A DNA stretch of 64,000 nucleotides from Candidatus Tayloriibacteriota bacterium (GCA_039934295.1 JBDTMN010000005.1:921-64920), one strand, 5' to 3'; counted from the first letter of the stretch, positions 1 through 9,700 are shown. Notes: generated by a model from the letters alone, not told the origin. Numbers and translations are program-made.

Positions 1-193
1 CAGCAGCGACATCCGCAACCTTATCGTCACACGCTACAATCATAGCAGGATGAGCACCTGTCGCTTCTGATTTGAAGGCAGCGACTCTTGCCTTATCTCG
101 AGCTCCATTCAACGACACCAACACAATTGACGCCAAGATACCAATAATTGCAATAACGACCAAGAGTTCGATAAGGGTAAACCCTTTTTTCAT
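1..193 (-). CDS. type IV pilin/pseudopilin, N-terminal part (gene runs off the window start)
   Basis: Minus-strand ATG at 191-193. Translation [24 protein letters not shown]... is a class III prepilin leader plus the G|FTLIELL N-methylation/hydrophobic-helix motif. Confidence 0.7.
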   Translation of the reverse strand, partial: MKKGFTLIELLVVIAIIGILASIVLVSLNGARDKARVAAFKSEATGAHPAMIVACDDKVADVAA

Positions 194-575
194 AGATGAA
201 TACATAATTTTATGGTTAATTAATATTAAATGAAATTTATATTTTGGGAGTCAAGGAACGACCTTTTTTAAGATGGTCATACGACCATTGCTCCTTAGTA
301 AGAACTAAGGGTTACCTAAGGTCGCACCTTGACTCGAAGACGTTTATTTTTCTTCGACCACTCCCATAAGAGGGAGTCGTTATATACCAATGCGTGTATT
401 ATACATCAAAGAAATGCGCAATGGAAAGGGGATGTGGATAACCCGAGATTATGTAACATGTAACATATAACATGTAACATGAGAAAGAGGGGAAATTTCT
501 TTTTCAGACGCTTCGAAAGAGAAGATCAAGGCCCGACCTTTTTTGGGACTTAAGGTCGGGCCTAAAAGAGGAAGA

Positions 576-1778
576 CTACGCGGAGGAAATATTGTAAATA
601 GGGAGAAGGACGGAAGCGAGAAGAATTGCGACGCCCACTCCGAGTCCTACAATCATCACCGGCTCAATCAGGCCCACCATGGTGTCCACCGCAGTCGTAA
701 CTTCTCGACGGTAAAATTTGGCGAGATTTTCCAATATGCTCCCAAGCTCTCCGGACTCCTCTCCCACTTTCATCATTTGAATCAAGATACTCGGCATCTC
801 TTTGTATTTGCCCATTGAGACCGAAAGGGGGCTTCCACCTTTGACATCTTCATTCACCGCTAACAAAATCTTCTGGTAGTACTTGTTTCCCACCACGTCT
901 GCCGTAATCTCGAGCGCGTGGACGATTGGAATAGCGGACATGAGCATCGTGTTCAGGTTGTCGGCAATTCTTGAAAGGTAGAGCTTCTGATAAAGCGAGC
1001 CCAAATAGGGAACAGAAATTTTGAAACGGTCAAAAGCAAGCCCTCCTTCCTGAGTGCGAATGTATCGAATGAAGAAAAAGACGCCCACAATCAAAAAGAC
1101 GACAATAATAATGCCGTAATTGACGAAAAAATTGCTCAAGCCAATAACAATCTGGGTATAGATAGGAATCTGCTGACCCGACTCTACAATAATCGCGGTG
1201 ATTTTGGGAATGACGACCGTGAGCATCAAAATCATGACCGTCACAAAGGTAAAGATGACGAACCCCGGGTATATCAAAGCGCCTTTCACTTTTGAGGTTA
1301 CCTCGTAGGTGCGGTCGAGATAGTCGGCAAGGTAGCTGAATATCTGATTCAACTTGCCCGATTCCTCTCCGGAACGAATCATGCTGATGTAGAATGTGGA
1401 GAAGATTTTCGGGTGCTTTGCCATGGCGGCGGAGATAGAGCTCCCGCCCTGTATATCATCGGCAACCTTGCTCAATGTTTCCGACAAAAGATGGCTGTGC
1501 GCGTCCCCCGCGAGCAGTCTGAAGATGCGGAGCGCGGAGATTTGCGCTTCAAAAAGGGTCGCGAGCTGTCTTGAAAGGATGACGATGTCTTTGTTTGAAA
1601 CACGGTCAAGAAAAGCGATGTTTGTGCCCAAAGAAAATCCCTTTTCTTCCGGCTTGATGGAAGACACGGCAAGTCCCCGCCTCTGAAGCGAGCTTATTGC
1701 CACATCAATGTTGATGGCCTCGATCGCCCCGTCTCGCGGAACGCCTGTTGTATCGACTGATTTGTAGTTAAAAAGCAT
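576..1778 (-). CDS. pilC: type IV pilus assembly platform protein PilC (GspF family)
   Basis: ORF track 576..1826. Two GspF-type repeats, three TM segments, and a conserved ...GEESGKL... block in the second repeat. The start is moved to the internal ATG at 1776-1778 because the first 16 codons of the ORF translate the upstream repeat element. Confidence 0.85.
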   Translation of the reverse strand: MLFNYKSVDTTGVPRDGAIEAINIDVAISSLQRRGLAVSSIKPEEKGFSLGTNIAFLDRVSNKDIVILSRQLATLFEAQISALRIFRLLAGDAHSHLLSETLSKVADDIQGGSSISAAMAKHPKIFSTFYISMIRSGEESGKLNQIFSYLADYLDRTYEVTSKVKGALIYPGFVIFTFVTVMILMLTVVIPKITAIIVESGQQIPIYTQIVIGLSNFFVNYGIIIVVFLIVGVFFFIRYIRTQEGGLAFDRFKISVPYLGSLYQKLYLSRIADNLNTMLMSAIPIVHALEITADVVGNKYYQKILLAVNEDVKGGSPLSVSMGKYKEMPSILIQMMKVGEESGELGSILENLAKFYRREVTTAVDTMVGLIEPVMIVGLGVGVAILLASVLLPIYNISSA

Positions 1779-1780
1779 AA

Positions 1781-1876
1781 TTTCTATATCACTGAACTGA
1801 CTCGGACTAAGAACTCGGAACGACACGGAAAGGTTCCGATTCTGTTCCGTGCTCGAAGTCCGTGTTACTTCCGTGG
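1781..1876 (-). repeat. ~95-nt intercistronic repeat element, copy 1 (pilT stop to pilC start)
   Basis: Near-identical to 2942..3036, 3429..3525 and 7100..7195. Begins TCACTGAACTGACTCGGACTAAGAACTCGGAACGACACGGAAAGGTTCCG... on the plus strand. Confidence 0.8.
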
Positions 1877-2941
1877 TTATATCATTCTTTCAAGTGTCTT
1901 CGTGTTTAACGAATGCTGATAGGCGCTCTCGATGGTAATCTCGCCCGCTCGGACCAGATCCGCCAAGCTCCGGTTCATGTCTATCATTCCCAGCTCCAAG
2001 CCGGTTTCGATAACGGTATTCAGCTCGTGAGTCCTGTTTTCGCGAATGAGGTTCGAGACGGCGTTGTTCGCTATCAAAAGCTCGTAGGCAGGAATGAGGC
2101 CTCCAGAGATTCGCGGAATAAGTCTTTGGGAAAAAATGCCGGTCAAGCTCGATGCAAGCTGAATTCTAATCTGGCCCTGCTGTTCGGCAGGAAAAGAATC
2201 TATGATTCGGTTTATTGTTTGGGCGGCATTGTTGGTGTGAAGGGTAGAGAATACCAAATGCCCGGTTTCAGCGGCCGTAACGGCTGTAGCAATCGTTTCA
2301 ATCCCCCGCATCTCACCTATCAAAATCACATCCATGTCCTCCCTGAAGACGGAGAGAAGCGCGCTCTCAAAGTCTTTGGTGTCAAGCCTAACTTCCCTCT
2401 GGTCGATAATTGCTTTTTTCTGCTCGTAGATGTACTCGATGGGGTCTTCAATCGTGATGATGTGCTCCGCGCTCTCCTGATTGATCATCTCAATCATAGC
2501 GGCGAGAGTAGTGGACTTGCCGTGCCCCACCGGACCCACCACGAGAAAGAATCCCTGCTGTTTTCGGGTAAAATCTTCGAGTATCGGAGGAAGATTGAGC
2601 TCGGCTATGGTTTTTATTTTCCTTGGCACCAGCCGAAGAGCAAAGGCGATAGAACCTTGTTGGAAATACCCGTTTCCCCTAAAACGCCCGATATCTTTAT
2701 AGGAAAAAGAAAAATCAATCTCCTTGGTTTTCAAGAAAAGGTCTCGGTTTTCCGGAGTGAGAAGCTCGCGGACAAATCCGTCGGTATCCGCTTTGGTCAA
2801 GACCGATTTTTTGACGAGGGGAATCAGGAAGCTTGCCACGCGAATAGTCGGATGCCTGCCTTCGGAGAGGTGGATATCCGACGCCCCTTCCTTAATAACT
2901 ATGGATAATAAATCGTCTAATTCTGCTTTGAAGTCTGTCAT
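1877..2941 (-). CDS. pilT: twitching-motility ATPase PilT
   Basis: Walker A GPVGHGKSTT, Asp box, His box TLHTNNAAQTINRIID; length 354 aa typical of PilT. Confidence 0.9.
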   Translation of the reverse strand: MTDFKAELDDLLSIVIKEGASDIHLSEGRHPTIRVASFLIPLVKKSVLTKADTDGFVRELLTPENRDLFLKTKEIDFSFSYKDIGRFRGNGYFQQGSIAFALRLVPRKIKTIAELNLPPILEDFTRKQQGFFLVVGPVGHGKSTTLAAMIEMINQESAEHIITIEDPIEYIYEQKKAIIDQREVRLDTKDFESALLSVFREDMDVILIGEMRGIETIATAVTAAETGHLVFSTLHTNNAAQTINRIIDSFPAEQQGQIRIQLASSLTGIFSQRLIPRISGGLIPAYELLIANNAVSNLIRENRTHELNTVIETGLELGMIDMNRSLADLVRAGEITIESAYQHSLNTKTLERMI

Positions 2942-3036
2942 AATATTTCACTGAACTGACTCGGACTAAGAACTCGGAACGACACGGAAAGGTTCCGATT
3001 CTGTTCCGTGTTCGAAGTCCGTGTTACTTCCGTGGT
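2942..3036 (-). repeat. ~95-nt intercistronic repeat element, copy 2 (response-regulator stop to pilT start)
   Basis: Ends about 8 nt before the pilT ATG; same sequence family as copy 1. Confidence 0.8.
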
Positions 3037-3428
3037 TACTTTTTCTTTTCCTGAATAATTTTTTCGACTTCTGTTACCACTTCTGAAGGAATGGTGGTCG
3101 CTTTGACAATGTAGCCGTCGATGCCATATTTCTTCGCATTTTCGATGTCCTCCGATTGGCTCTGGTTGGAAAGAACGATAATGGCGGCGAGAGGTGCAAG
3201 ATGCAGTCTCCTCATCTCCTGCAGAAATTGAATGCCGTCAAGGTCAGGCATTACAATATCCACCGTAATCGCATCCGGCAAAAGTCCTTCTCGAAGTTTT
3301 CTTAAAGCATCATTGCCACCTGCCGATACAATCACGTTGAATCCTGCCTTCTTGAATTTTATGTCGTACATGCTTAAAAGAAATGCATCGTCGTCGATTA
3401 CTAAAATTGTTTTTTGTTTTGAGTCCAT
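3036..3428 (-). CDS. CheY-like response regulator receiver protein (PilH-like, receiver domain only)
   Basis: ILVIDDD...DIVMPDLDG with conserved phospho-acceptor Asp context; 130 aa, no output domain. Confidence 0.8.
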   Translation of the reverse strand: MDSKQKTILVIDDDAFLLSMYDIKFKKAGFNVIVSAGGNDALRKLREGLLPDAITVDIVMPDLDGIQFLQEMRRLHLAPLAAIIVLSNQSQSEDIENAKKYGIDGYIVKATTIPSEVVTEVEKIIQEKKK

Positions 3429-3525
3429 ATATATATTTCACTGAACTGACTCGGACTAAGAACTCGGAACGACACGGAAAGGTTCCGATTCTTCTGTGTT
3501 CAGAGTCCGTGTTACTTCCGCGTTT
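3429..3525 (-). repeat. ~95-nt intercistronic repeat element, copy 3 (pilB stop to response-regulator start)
   Basis: Same family; slightly diverged 3' part. Confidence 0.8.
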
Positions 3526-5239
3526 ATAACCTGTTCACTTCTTCAAACGGTATTTCTCTCTTGAATGCTTTAATAATAGCATCTTCTTTCATTGTAAGCA
3601 TCCCCTGCTCACGGCCGATTCTCTTGACTTCGCTTGCAGAAGGATTTTTCAGAATGACCGCCTCGAGCTCTTTACTCATTTGGAGGACTTCAACGACCGC
3701 CACTCGCCCGCTCGTGCCCTTCGGGTGTTCCGGTGTGGCGACTGCTTCGAATACATTGGCACCCATGGGAATTTCTTTCTTGAATATCTCCGGCAAGTCC
3801 TCAAATTCTTTCTCTATGAGAAGCTTGATACTCCCTTCGACAGGAATTTCTTTCCCAGCGCCTTCCGGCAACACTCGCGCCAATCTCTGGGCAATTGCGA
3901 GAATTAATGTCGGCGCAATCAAGAACGGGTCAACTCCAAAATCGAGCAGTCTGGGGATAACTCCTACGGCATTGTTGGTGTGAATGGTGGAGAGCACCAA
4001 GTGCCCAGTCAAGGCCGCCTGAACCGCAAGACCGGCCGTTTCTTTATCGCGAATCTCTCCCACCATGATGACATCTGGGTCCTGCCTCAAAGTCGTGCGA
4101 AGACCGGTGGCAAACGTGTAGCCGATTTCCGGAAGAACCTGCGACTGACTCATGCCCGGGATATTGTATTCCACAGGGTCCTCGAGGGAGAGCACGTTTT
4201 TGGTCTCTTTGTCCACCTCATTTAACATTGAGTAGAGTGTTGTAGACTTGCCCGAGCCCGTGGGGCCAGAAATTAAAATAAGGCCGTAGGGGCGCTTGAT
4301 GGCGTCAATGATGAGATTCAAATTGCGCGGAGTGAGCCCGAGCGCGTCCAGACGCTTCACTCCCTTTTCCGAATCGAGAATTCTCATCACCACCTTTTCT
4401 CCGTAATAAGAAGGGAAGGTCGAGACGCGAAAATCAATTTTCCTGTCCTCGATTTTCGCGCTGAAGCGACCGTCCTGCGGCTTCCTTTTTTCATCAAGCT
4501 TCATATTGGAAAGAATTTTGATTCTCGCCACCACCGCGGAATGGACTTTGACAGGTAGAACAATTGAGGTGTTGAGAATCCCGTCCACTCGGAAACGCAC
4601 ACGAATGTTTTCCGCCATATGCTCGATGTGAATGTCCGAAGCGTTGCCGGCAGTCGCGTAGTGGAGAATGGTGGCGACGATTTTGGTGACCGGAGCATCT
4701 TCGATAATGGTCGTCTTTCCTTTGGTCACTATAATATCTTCCTTCGGACTTTCCGGTTTTCCCTCCGTTGCAAGTTCTGTGTCAAGCTCAGTCAAAGCTT
4801 CCGTTACCTCTCCCGAGAGACCCTTGTACATTTCAATCACCCGGTCAAAATCTTGAGCCGAGACTAAAAAAAGTTTGAAAGGCAAGCTGACTTTTGAAGA
4901 GATGAAGGAAATGGCGTCCCGCGCTTCTATACTGTCTGGGTCAACGAGACCCACCTCCAAGACACCATCCGAAAGTCCTATCGGAACAAAACGATAGTAA
5001 GCGGCCGACTCCTCCGGCACGTATTTTAAAATCTCAAAAGGAATAACCAGATTTTTGAGGCTTCTTGACGGAATTCCCAAAGCTTCGCCCTTGTTCGTCA
5101 AAATGACCTCAGGGCTGACTCCCTTCGCAATCAAAATCTCCTCAATCGGTTTTCCTTTTTTTTCGGCCTGCTCCTTGATGGAAGAAATATCCTTCCGTTC
5201 AATGATTTTTTTTTCAGCCAAAACTTCTAATATACCCAT
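3524..5239 (-). CDS. pilB: type IV pilus assembly ATPase PilB (GspE family)
   Basis: N-terminal GSPII domain. Walker A SGPTGSGKSTTLYS, Asp/His boxes, 571 aa. Confidence 0.9.
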   Translation of the reverse strand: MGILEVLAEKKIIERKDISSIKEQAEKKGKPIEEILIAKGVSPEVILTNKGEALGIPSRSLKNLVIPFEILKYVPEESAAYYRFVPIGLSDGVLEVGLVDPDSIEARDAISFISSKVSLPFKLFLVSAQDFDRVIEMYKGLSGEVTEALTELDTELATEGKPESPKEDIIVTKGKTTIIEDAPVTKIVATILHYATAGNASDIHIEHMAENIRVRFRVDGILNTSIVLPVKVHSAVVARIKILSNMKLDEKRKPQDGRFSAKIEDRKIDFRVSTFPSYYGEKVVMRILDSEKGVKRLDALGLTPRNLNLIIDAIKRPYGLILISGPTGSGKSTTLYSMLNEVDKETKNVLSLEDPVEYNIPGMSQSQVLPEIGYTFATGLRTTLRQDPDVIMVGEIRDKETAGLAVQAALTGHLVLSTIHTNNAVGVIPRLLDFGVDPFLIAPTLILAIAQRLARVLPEGAGKEIPVEGSIKLLIEKEFEDLPEIFKKEIPMGANVFEAVATPEHPKGTSGRVAVVEVLQMSKELEAVILKNPSASEVKRIGREQGMLTMKEDAIIKAFKREIPFEEVNRL

Positions 5240-5346
5240 AGTGTATGACCTATAACTAATAACTGAATAACCGATAACAGAGTAAAATCATCGCGTTCTT
5301 TTCTGGTCATTCAGTTATTCAGTTATTCAGTTATGAGTTATCTGAC

Positions 5347-5688
5347 TCACCTCGTTTGTGTCGACGTCGATATCGGTTGGGAAAGGTTTCCAACTCCTAT
5401 TGGCGCGAAAGGATTACTTCTGCCTTGAGGCTCTGCGGTCACTTTTCGAGAAAAATCCTGGAGAGATAGAAAGGTCTTGGTTCGAAAAATTGTGTCGCTC
5501 ATCGTAATCGAGTTTACGGTCTGGAGCTCCGCAATAATATCCTTGCCCACAAGCGTCTGGGGCTGTCCCGATTGCTCTAAAGCATCCGAAGTGGAAGGAG
5601 TTCCCTTGTTCAAATACTTATAGCCGATAAAAACCAGAAGCAGGGCTATGAGGACTCCTATAATGATGGTTATTTTTTTAGTTGACAT
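5347..5688 (-). CDS. hypothetical small protein with an N-terminal TM anchor, inside the pilus operon
   Basis: 113-aa ORF with a hydrophobic N-terminus (IIIGVLIALLLVFIGY); no recognisable motif. Confidence 0.45.
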   Translation of the reverse strand: MSTKKITIIIGVLIALLLVFIGYKYLNKGTPSTSDALEQSGQPQTLVGKDIIAELQTVNSITMSDTIFRTKTFLSLQDFSRKVTAEPQGRSNPFAPIGVGNLSQPISTSTQTR

Positions 5689-5744
5689 CCGGTTAGAAGT
5701 TTATGCCTTAATAATTTTCTCTCATTTCTTGCTTTATTTCAATA

Positions 5745-5850
5745 TCCTGGATCCCTCCCCACTTTTGGAACAAACGATGTTCAAAAAATCAAAAGTGGGG
5801 AGGGATGACAAAATAAGAATTTTGTCACTTTTCACTTTCAACTTTTACTT
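5745..5850. repeat. two-hairpin repeat module (TGGATCCC-stem/loop-GGGATGAC-GACAAAATAAGAATTTTGTC-CACTTTTCACTTTCAACTTTT)
   Basis: Related copies at 40033..40105 and 41596..41668, and a partly related one at 26906..26975. The first stem differs between copies through compensatory changes. Confidence 0.7.
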
Positions 5851-6417
5851 AAGCCAGTACGTGCTCGCATTTACGGTAAAATCATACAGGGTGGAATCTT
5901 TCTCGACTGGCTTCAAGATGATGCTCGTCACATCAAGAATACGCAGACTTCTCTCTAAATCCGTAAGAAAATTGGAAAACTTATCGTATGAAGTCGTGAG
6001 AGTGAAAGACAGGCTCGCCTTGTCAAAATCGGTTTGCGCCTGACCCGTCGTACCCGTGGTGTCTGCAACCCCAGCAACTTTAGCGTCCTGCGGATTGGCC
6101 AATTTAACCGTTTTCACAAGAATACCGTGATTGTCAGCTATGCCGTTTAAATCCGATACCATTCGGACTGTGTCTACGTTGTCCGGCATGAGTTTCCCGA
6201 GTTTTTCCAGATTATCTTTCCCTATCGCCTCCTTCTTTTTCACCAGCCCATCACGGAGCGTTGTCAACTGTTTTGCTTTTTCGAGCGCATCCTGGTACAC
6301 GAGCACTTCTTTTTTCAAATCCAGATTTTTGGCGTACTGCCCGCGAATAAATCCGAAAAACAATCCAGCGGAGGCTAGTAAAAGGATAATTGGAGTTATG
6401 AGGCGGTTTGAGTACAT
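5845..6417 (-). CDS. PilO-like type IV pilus inner-membrane component
   Basis: N-terminal TM followed by a coiled-coil, 190 aa, in the pilM-N-O context; the family call rests on position and architecture. Confidence 0.55.
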   Translation of the reverse strand: MYSNRLITPIILLLASAGLFFGFIRGQYAKNLDLKKEVLVYQDALEKAKQLTTLRDGLVKKKEAIGKDNLEKLGKLMPDNVDTVRMVSDLNGIADNHGILVKTVKLANPQDAKVAGVADTTGTTGQAQTDFDKASLSFTLTTSYDKFSNFLTDLERSLRILDVTSIILKPVEKDSTLYDFTVNASTYWLK

Positions 6418-6421
6418 ATTA

Positions 6422-7099
6422 TTATCGTAAATTTGTTGTTGTCGCGGAAGAGGTCGTTGCTGTCCGCGTGGTGGAAGCTGTCGGGGAGACGATTGGGGAG
6501 ACTACCGGTGTTACTCCGGCCGAGCTAATCTTATACAGAAGCAAAGAAGGGTCAACGCTCATCTTAACTTTAAAGGAGACATTCCGGTTCTCGTCGAGGG
6601 CTAAGTCATAAAAAGAAGGGTTCTTGAACGCCTTTTGTTTTCTGAATATGTCTGACTGGAGAGTGACCGCATTAAAGCCTCTCCCTATGCCTTCCATGGA
6701 CACGTCGAAAGAACCCAATTTTTCATCGCCAAATTGAAATGTCTTGAACTGAACTGTCTGAAGGGTGAGACTTTGAAGGGCCTGAAAAAGCGAGGAAATT
6801 CCCGTATGACTTCCCAGAATTTTTTCAGCGATTTGAATTCTTTTGTCATCGCGCGCCAAATCGGCGATCAAAGCAGATTGAATGTTCTTTTGCTCCACGG
6901 CAAGCTTCTCGTCCATAACTTTAATATTATTTTTGAGATAGTAGTTGTACCCAAAGATTCCGATTGACCCAAGAAAGACTATGACGAAGAGAATTATCGA
7001 GATAAGCGAAAATAAGCCGACACTACTGCCACGGCTTCCTCCCCCGCTGTCCACAACAGGTTTTTTCGGGATAAATGATGCTTGTCCTCTTGGTTCCAT
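6422..7099 (-). CDS. PilN-like type IV pilus inner-membrane component
   Basis: Single TM after a short cytoplasmic N-terminus, then a periplasmic domain; immediately downstream of pilM. Confidence 0.55.
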   Translation of the reverse strand: MEPRGQASFIPKKPVVDSGGGSRGSSVGLFSLISIILFVIVFLGSIGIFGYNYYLKNNIKVMDEKLAVEQKNIQSALIADLARDDKRIQIAEKILGSHTGISSLFQALQSLTLQTVQFKTFQFGDEKLGSFDVSMEGIGRGFNAVTLQSDIFRKQKAFKNPSFYDLALDENRNVSFKVKMSVDPSLLLYKISSAGVTPVVSPIVSPTASTTRTATTSSATTTNLR

Positions 7100-7195
7100 A
7101 TATATTTCACTGAACTGACTCGGACTAAGAACTCGGAACGACGCTGAAGGGTTCCGATTCAGTTCCGTGTTCAGAGTCCTTGTTACTTCCGTGTT
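7100..7195 (-). repeat. ~95-nt intercistronic repeat element, copy 4 (pilM stop to pilN-like start)
   Basis: Same family as 1781..1876, with substitutions in the central hairpin region. Confidence 0.8.
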
Positions 7196-8327
7196 AATCT
7201 ACTTCCTGCAACTTTCGAAGCGCCAATCCAACCGCAACGGCAAACTCGGGACCAGCGGATTTCAAAATGTTCGCGAGAAACGCAGGTGCTTCCACTTTTG
7301 AAAAAGGGTCCGCCGAAATTACCTGTACTTGAAAAGCCTGCTCGGCCATTTTGAGAAATCCCTGCAACCCCGACCCTCCTCCCGTAAGAACGACCTTGCC
7401 AACATTTTTATTATACTTTTTCTGATAGCTTAATAATAATCTATTCGACTCGGAAAATATATAGTCAAGTGTTGATAACATTATGCCCTGCATATCCTTG
7501 TTTCCGCCACCAAGGTCGAGCCCCTTTGTTCGTTTCAGATTTTCGGCCTCTTCCACGCTTACCGACATCGCCCTGGCAATGCCCAATGTGAGGTCTTGGG
7601 AACCCCGGTCAATAATATGTGATGTCTTCAAAATGCCACGCTCGACAACATAGAGCTTGGTCGAACTTGCTCCCATGTCAAAAATCATAACCGGACTAAC
7701 CTCGGCATCGAGCACGGCTCGGATGGTGCTGAAAATCTCAATTTCAAAAAAGCTCGAATCAAGTTGCGAAAGACGAACGATTTCTCGCATGTCATTCAAA
7801 GCATCGTTGTGGATAACTACAAGAAGGACCTGGGTTTTCTCAAGTTTTTTTTGAAGCACCGGAGCGTTGTTTCCCTTGTCTCCCTGAATCTCTTCTTCCT
7901 CATTCCAGATTTTGTCCTCTCTCGGCAATATCCACCAATCGAGCGTAACTTCGGAGATAGAAACGGGAATATATTTTCTGGCCTCCAAGGGAATCATATC
8001 CGCTATCTGCTTTTGATCCGTAGTCGGCACCTCAATCAAACTAATTAAGCTCGAAGACATCGAAATAGAAATGCCGCACTTTTTTGTCGTCGCATTCGCC
8101 TCCTTTAATATATCGTTCAGAGCTTCAGCAACTTTCCCAGGCGGAAGGTGAGTCGCCCGTCCCACTTCGAGCCCGGCATAGGGACCAAGGGCAAGAGCGC
8201 CGTATGTTTCCAAAACGGCTTTTCCTTTCTCTTTTCGAAGCTGGACGAGCTTGATTGAGGAAGGTCCGATGTCCACCCCGAGGACGCTTCGGTCATTTTT
8301 TTTAAATAATTTCGATAAAAATGACAT
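7194..8327 (-). CDS. pilM: type IV pilus assembly protein PilM (actin-like ATPase fold)
   Basis: LGVDIGPSSIKLV... and MIFDMGASSTKLYVV blocks typical of PilM/FtsA-like proteins; 377 aa. Confidence 0.85.
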   Translation of the reverse strand: MSFLSKLFKKNDRSVLGVDIGPSSIKLVQLRKEKGKAVLETYGALALGPYAGLEVGRATHLPPGKVAEALNDILKEANATTKKCGISISMSSSLISLIEVPTTDQKQIADMIPLEARKYIPVSISEVTLDWWILPREDKIWNEEEEIQGDKGNNAPVLQKKLEKTQVLLVVIHNDALNDMREIVRLSQLDSSFFEIEIFSTIRAVLDAEVSPVMIFDMGASSTKLYVVERGILKTSHIIDRGSQDLTLGIARAMSVSVEEAENLKRTKGLDLGGGNKDMQGIMLSTLDYIFSESNRLLLSYQKKYNKNVGKVVLTGGGSGLQGFLKMAEQAFQVQVISADPFSKVEAPAFLANILKSAGPEFAVAVGLALRKLQEVD

Positions 8328-8475
8328 GAGTATTGGTAGGTGCTAGGTTTAAGCTGTTAGGTGTAAGTATGAACAAAAAAGAAAGTGAGAATCTTTATCA
8401 AATTTTCTTAAGCTAACACCTTACACCTCGCACCTCAAACCTGCTGACTATACATGATATGATTATAGCACTATT

Positions 8476-9144
8476 TTGGACTATATGAAAAAAATAAGCG
8501 AGTTTTTGCTTGACTTTCTTTTTCCTGCTTCAAAAAAAGCGGCAAGAATCGAGAAAATGACCGCCAGCGATTTTCGAAAGGAAATCGGGGTGGGAGACGC
8601 TATGGGAGCGCGCGGAGATAAGGATATTCACCCGCTTTTTGAATATCGACATCCCCTTGTTCGCGAGGCAATCTGGCAAATAAAATATAAAGGAAACAGA
8701 AAAATAACGAAACTCCTTTCGGAAATTCTCTACGAGGAAATCGTTGCCGAAATCGAAGATCGCGCCCTCTTTGAAAACTTTAAAAACCCGCTTTTAATTC
8801 CGGTGCCAACAAGCAAAAAGCGACTCCAAAAAAGGGGATTCAATCAGATGGAACTTTTGGGCGGGGAGCTCAAGAGTCTCGACGAAAATAGAACATTTGA
8901 ATTTAGTCCTGGCATTTTGATTAAAATAAAAGACACTCTGCCACAGACGCTTCTTAAAGATCGTCGTCTCCGCCTCGGAAATCTCGTCGGCTGTTTCGCC
9001 GTAACAGACGCGCAAAAAATTAAAAATAGAAACATCATTTTGATTGACGATGTGTTGACGACCGGCGCAACTCTCGCCGAAGCAAAACGCGCGCTTATAA
9101 ATGCAGGGGCGAGGAGAGTGATTGCGTTTACACTGGCACATTAG
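8476..9144 (+). CDS. comFC: ComF family protein (phosphoribosyltransferase domain, ComFC-like)
   Basis: C-terminal PRTase motif IILIDDVLTTGATL; 222 aa. Confidence 0.75.
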   Translation: MDYMKKISEFLLDFLFPASKKAARIEKMTASDFRKEIGVGDAMGARGDKDIHPLFEYRHPLVREAIWQIKYKGNRKITKLLSEILYEEIVAEIEDRALFENFKNPLLIPVPTSKKRLQKRGFNQMELLGGELKSLDENRTFEFSPGILIKIKDTLPQTLLKDRRLRLGNLVGCFAVTDAQKIKNRNIILIDDVLTTGATLAEAKRALINAGARRVIAFTLAH

Positions 9145-9239
9145 GGAAAGGTGTTAGGTGTTAGCTATTAGCTGTTAGCTTTTCGAAAGAGAAGAAAAAA
9201 TGGAGAGAAAAAGAAAAATGTGATACATTACGTTCAAAT

Positions 9240-9326
9240 GGAAGGGTGTCAGAGAGGCCTATTGAGCAGCTTTGCTAAAGCTGTAAGGGGTAATTCCCTT
9301 CGAGGGTTCGAATCCCTCCCCTTCCG
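9240..9326 (+). tRNA. tRNA-Ser (anticodon GCU)
   Basis: Hand-folded: 7-bp acceptor GGAAGGG/CCCTTCC, anticodon loop TTGCTAA, long variable arm, T-loop GGGTTCGAATCCC, discriminator G. Confidence 0.75.
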
Positions 9327-9384
9327 CAGCGAAAAATTGTTGCAATTTTGAGCAAGGAAGGGAGAGATGTGCCTACGCACATCT

Positions 9385-9700
9385 CGTGAGGGATTCGAAG
9401 ACCTTCTCCCTTATCCCCCACCACTTTGTTGCAATGTGGTGGGGGATGGGAAAGGTGTACTGGTCGAGTAGCGACCGTTAATCCCTCCCCTTCCGCCAAT
9501 GATTCGCAAGGACAGCCCTGATGCTGTCCGAGCGAATCATCATTGCGTGATTGGGGAGGGATTCGAAGCCCGATTGAGCATTTTTTCGAGCTTCTTAACG
9601 TAGAAAAAATCCAATCGGGGTACTGAAACTGTAAGTTTCGAATCCCTCCACTTTCTTAACCCCGCAGCGTTGCCGAGAATCGTCCCCTTCCGCAATTTTA
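9385..9700. repeat. cluster of degenerate tRNA-Ser 3'-end fragments (TTCGAATCCCTCC(CCTTCCGC)) in both orientations
   Basis: Five or more partial copies at 9385-9407, 9476-9496, 9563-9585, 9638-9655 and 9683-9697. Confidence 0.6.

Noticed and set aside
1913-2908. 331-aa plus-strand ORF (and several 60-140-aa ORFs at 1396-1686, 2481-2954, 3561-4225 and 4619-4867) lying antisense within pilC, pilT and pilB
   Set aside because: They are entirely embedded in and antisense to well-supported conserved genes, with no motifs: shadow ORFs.
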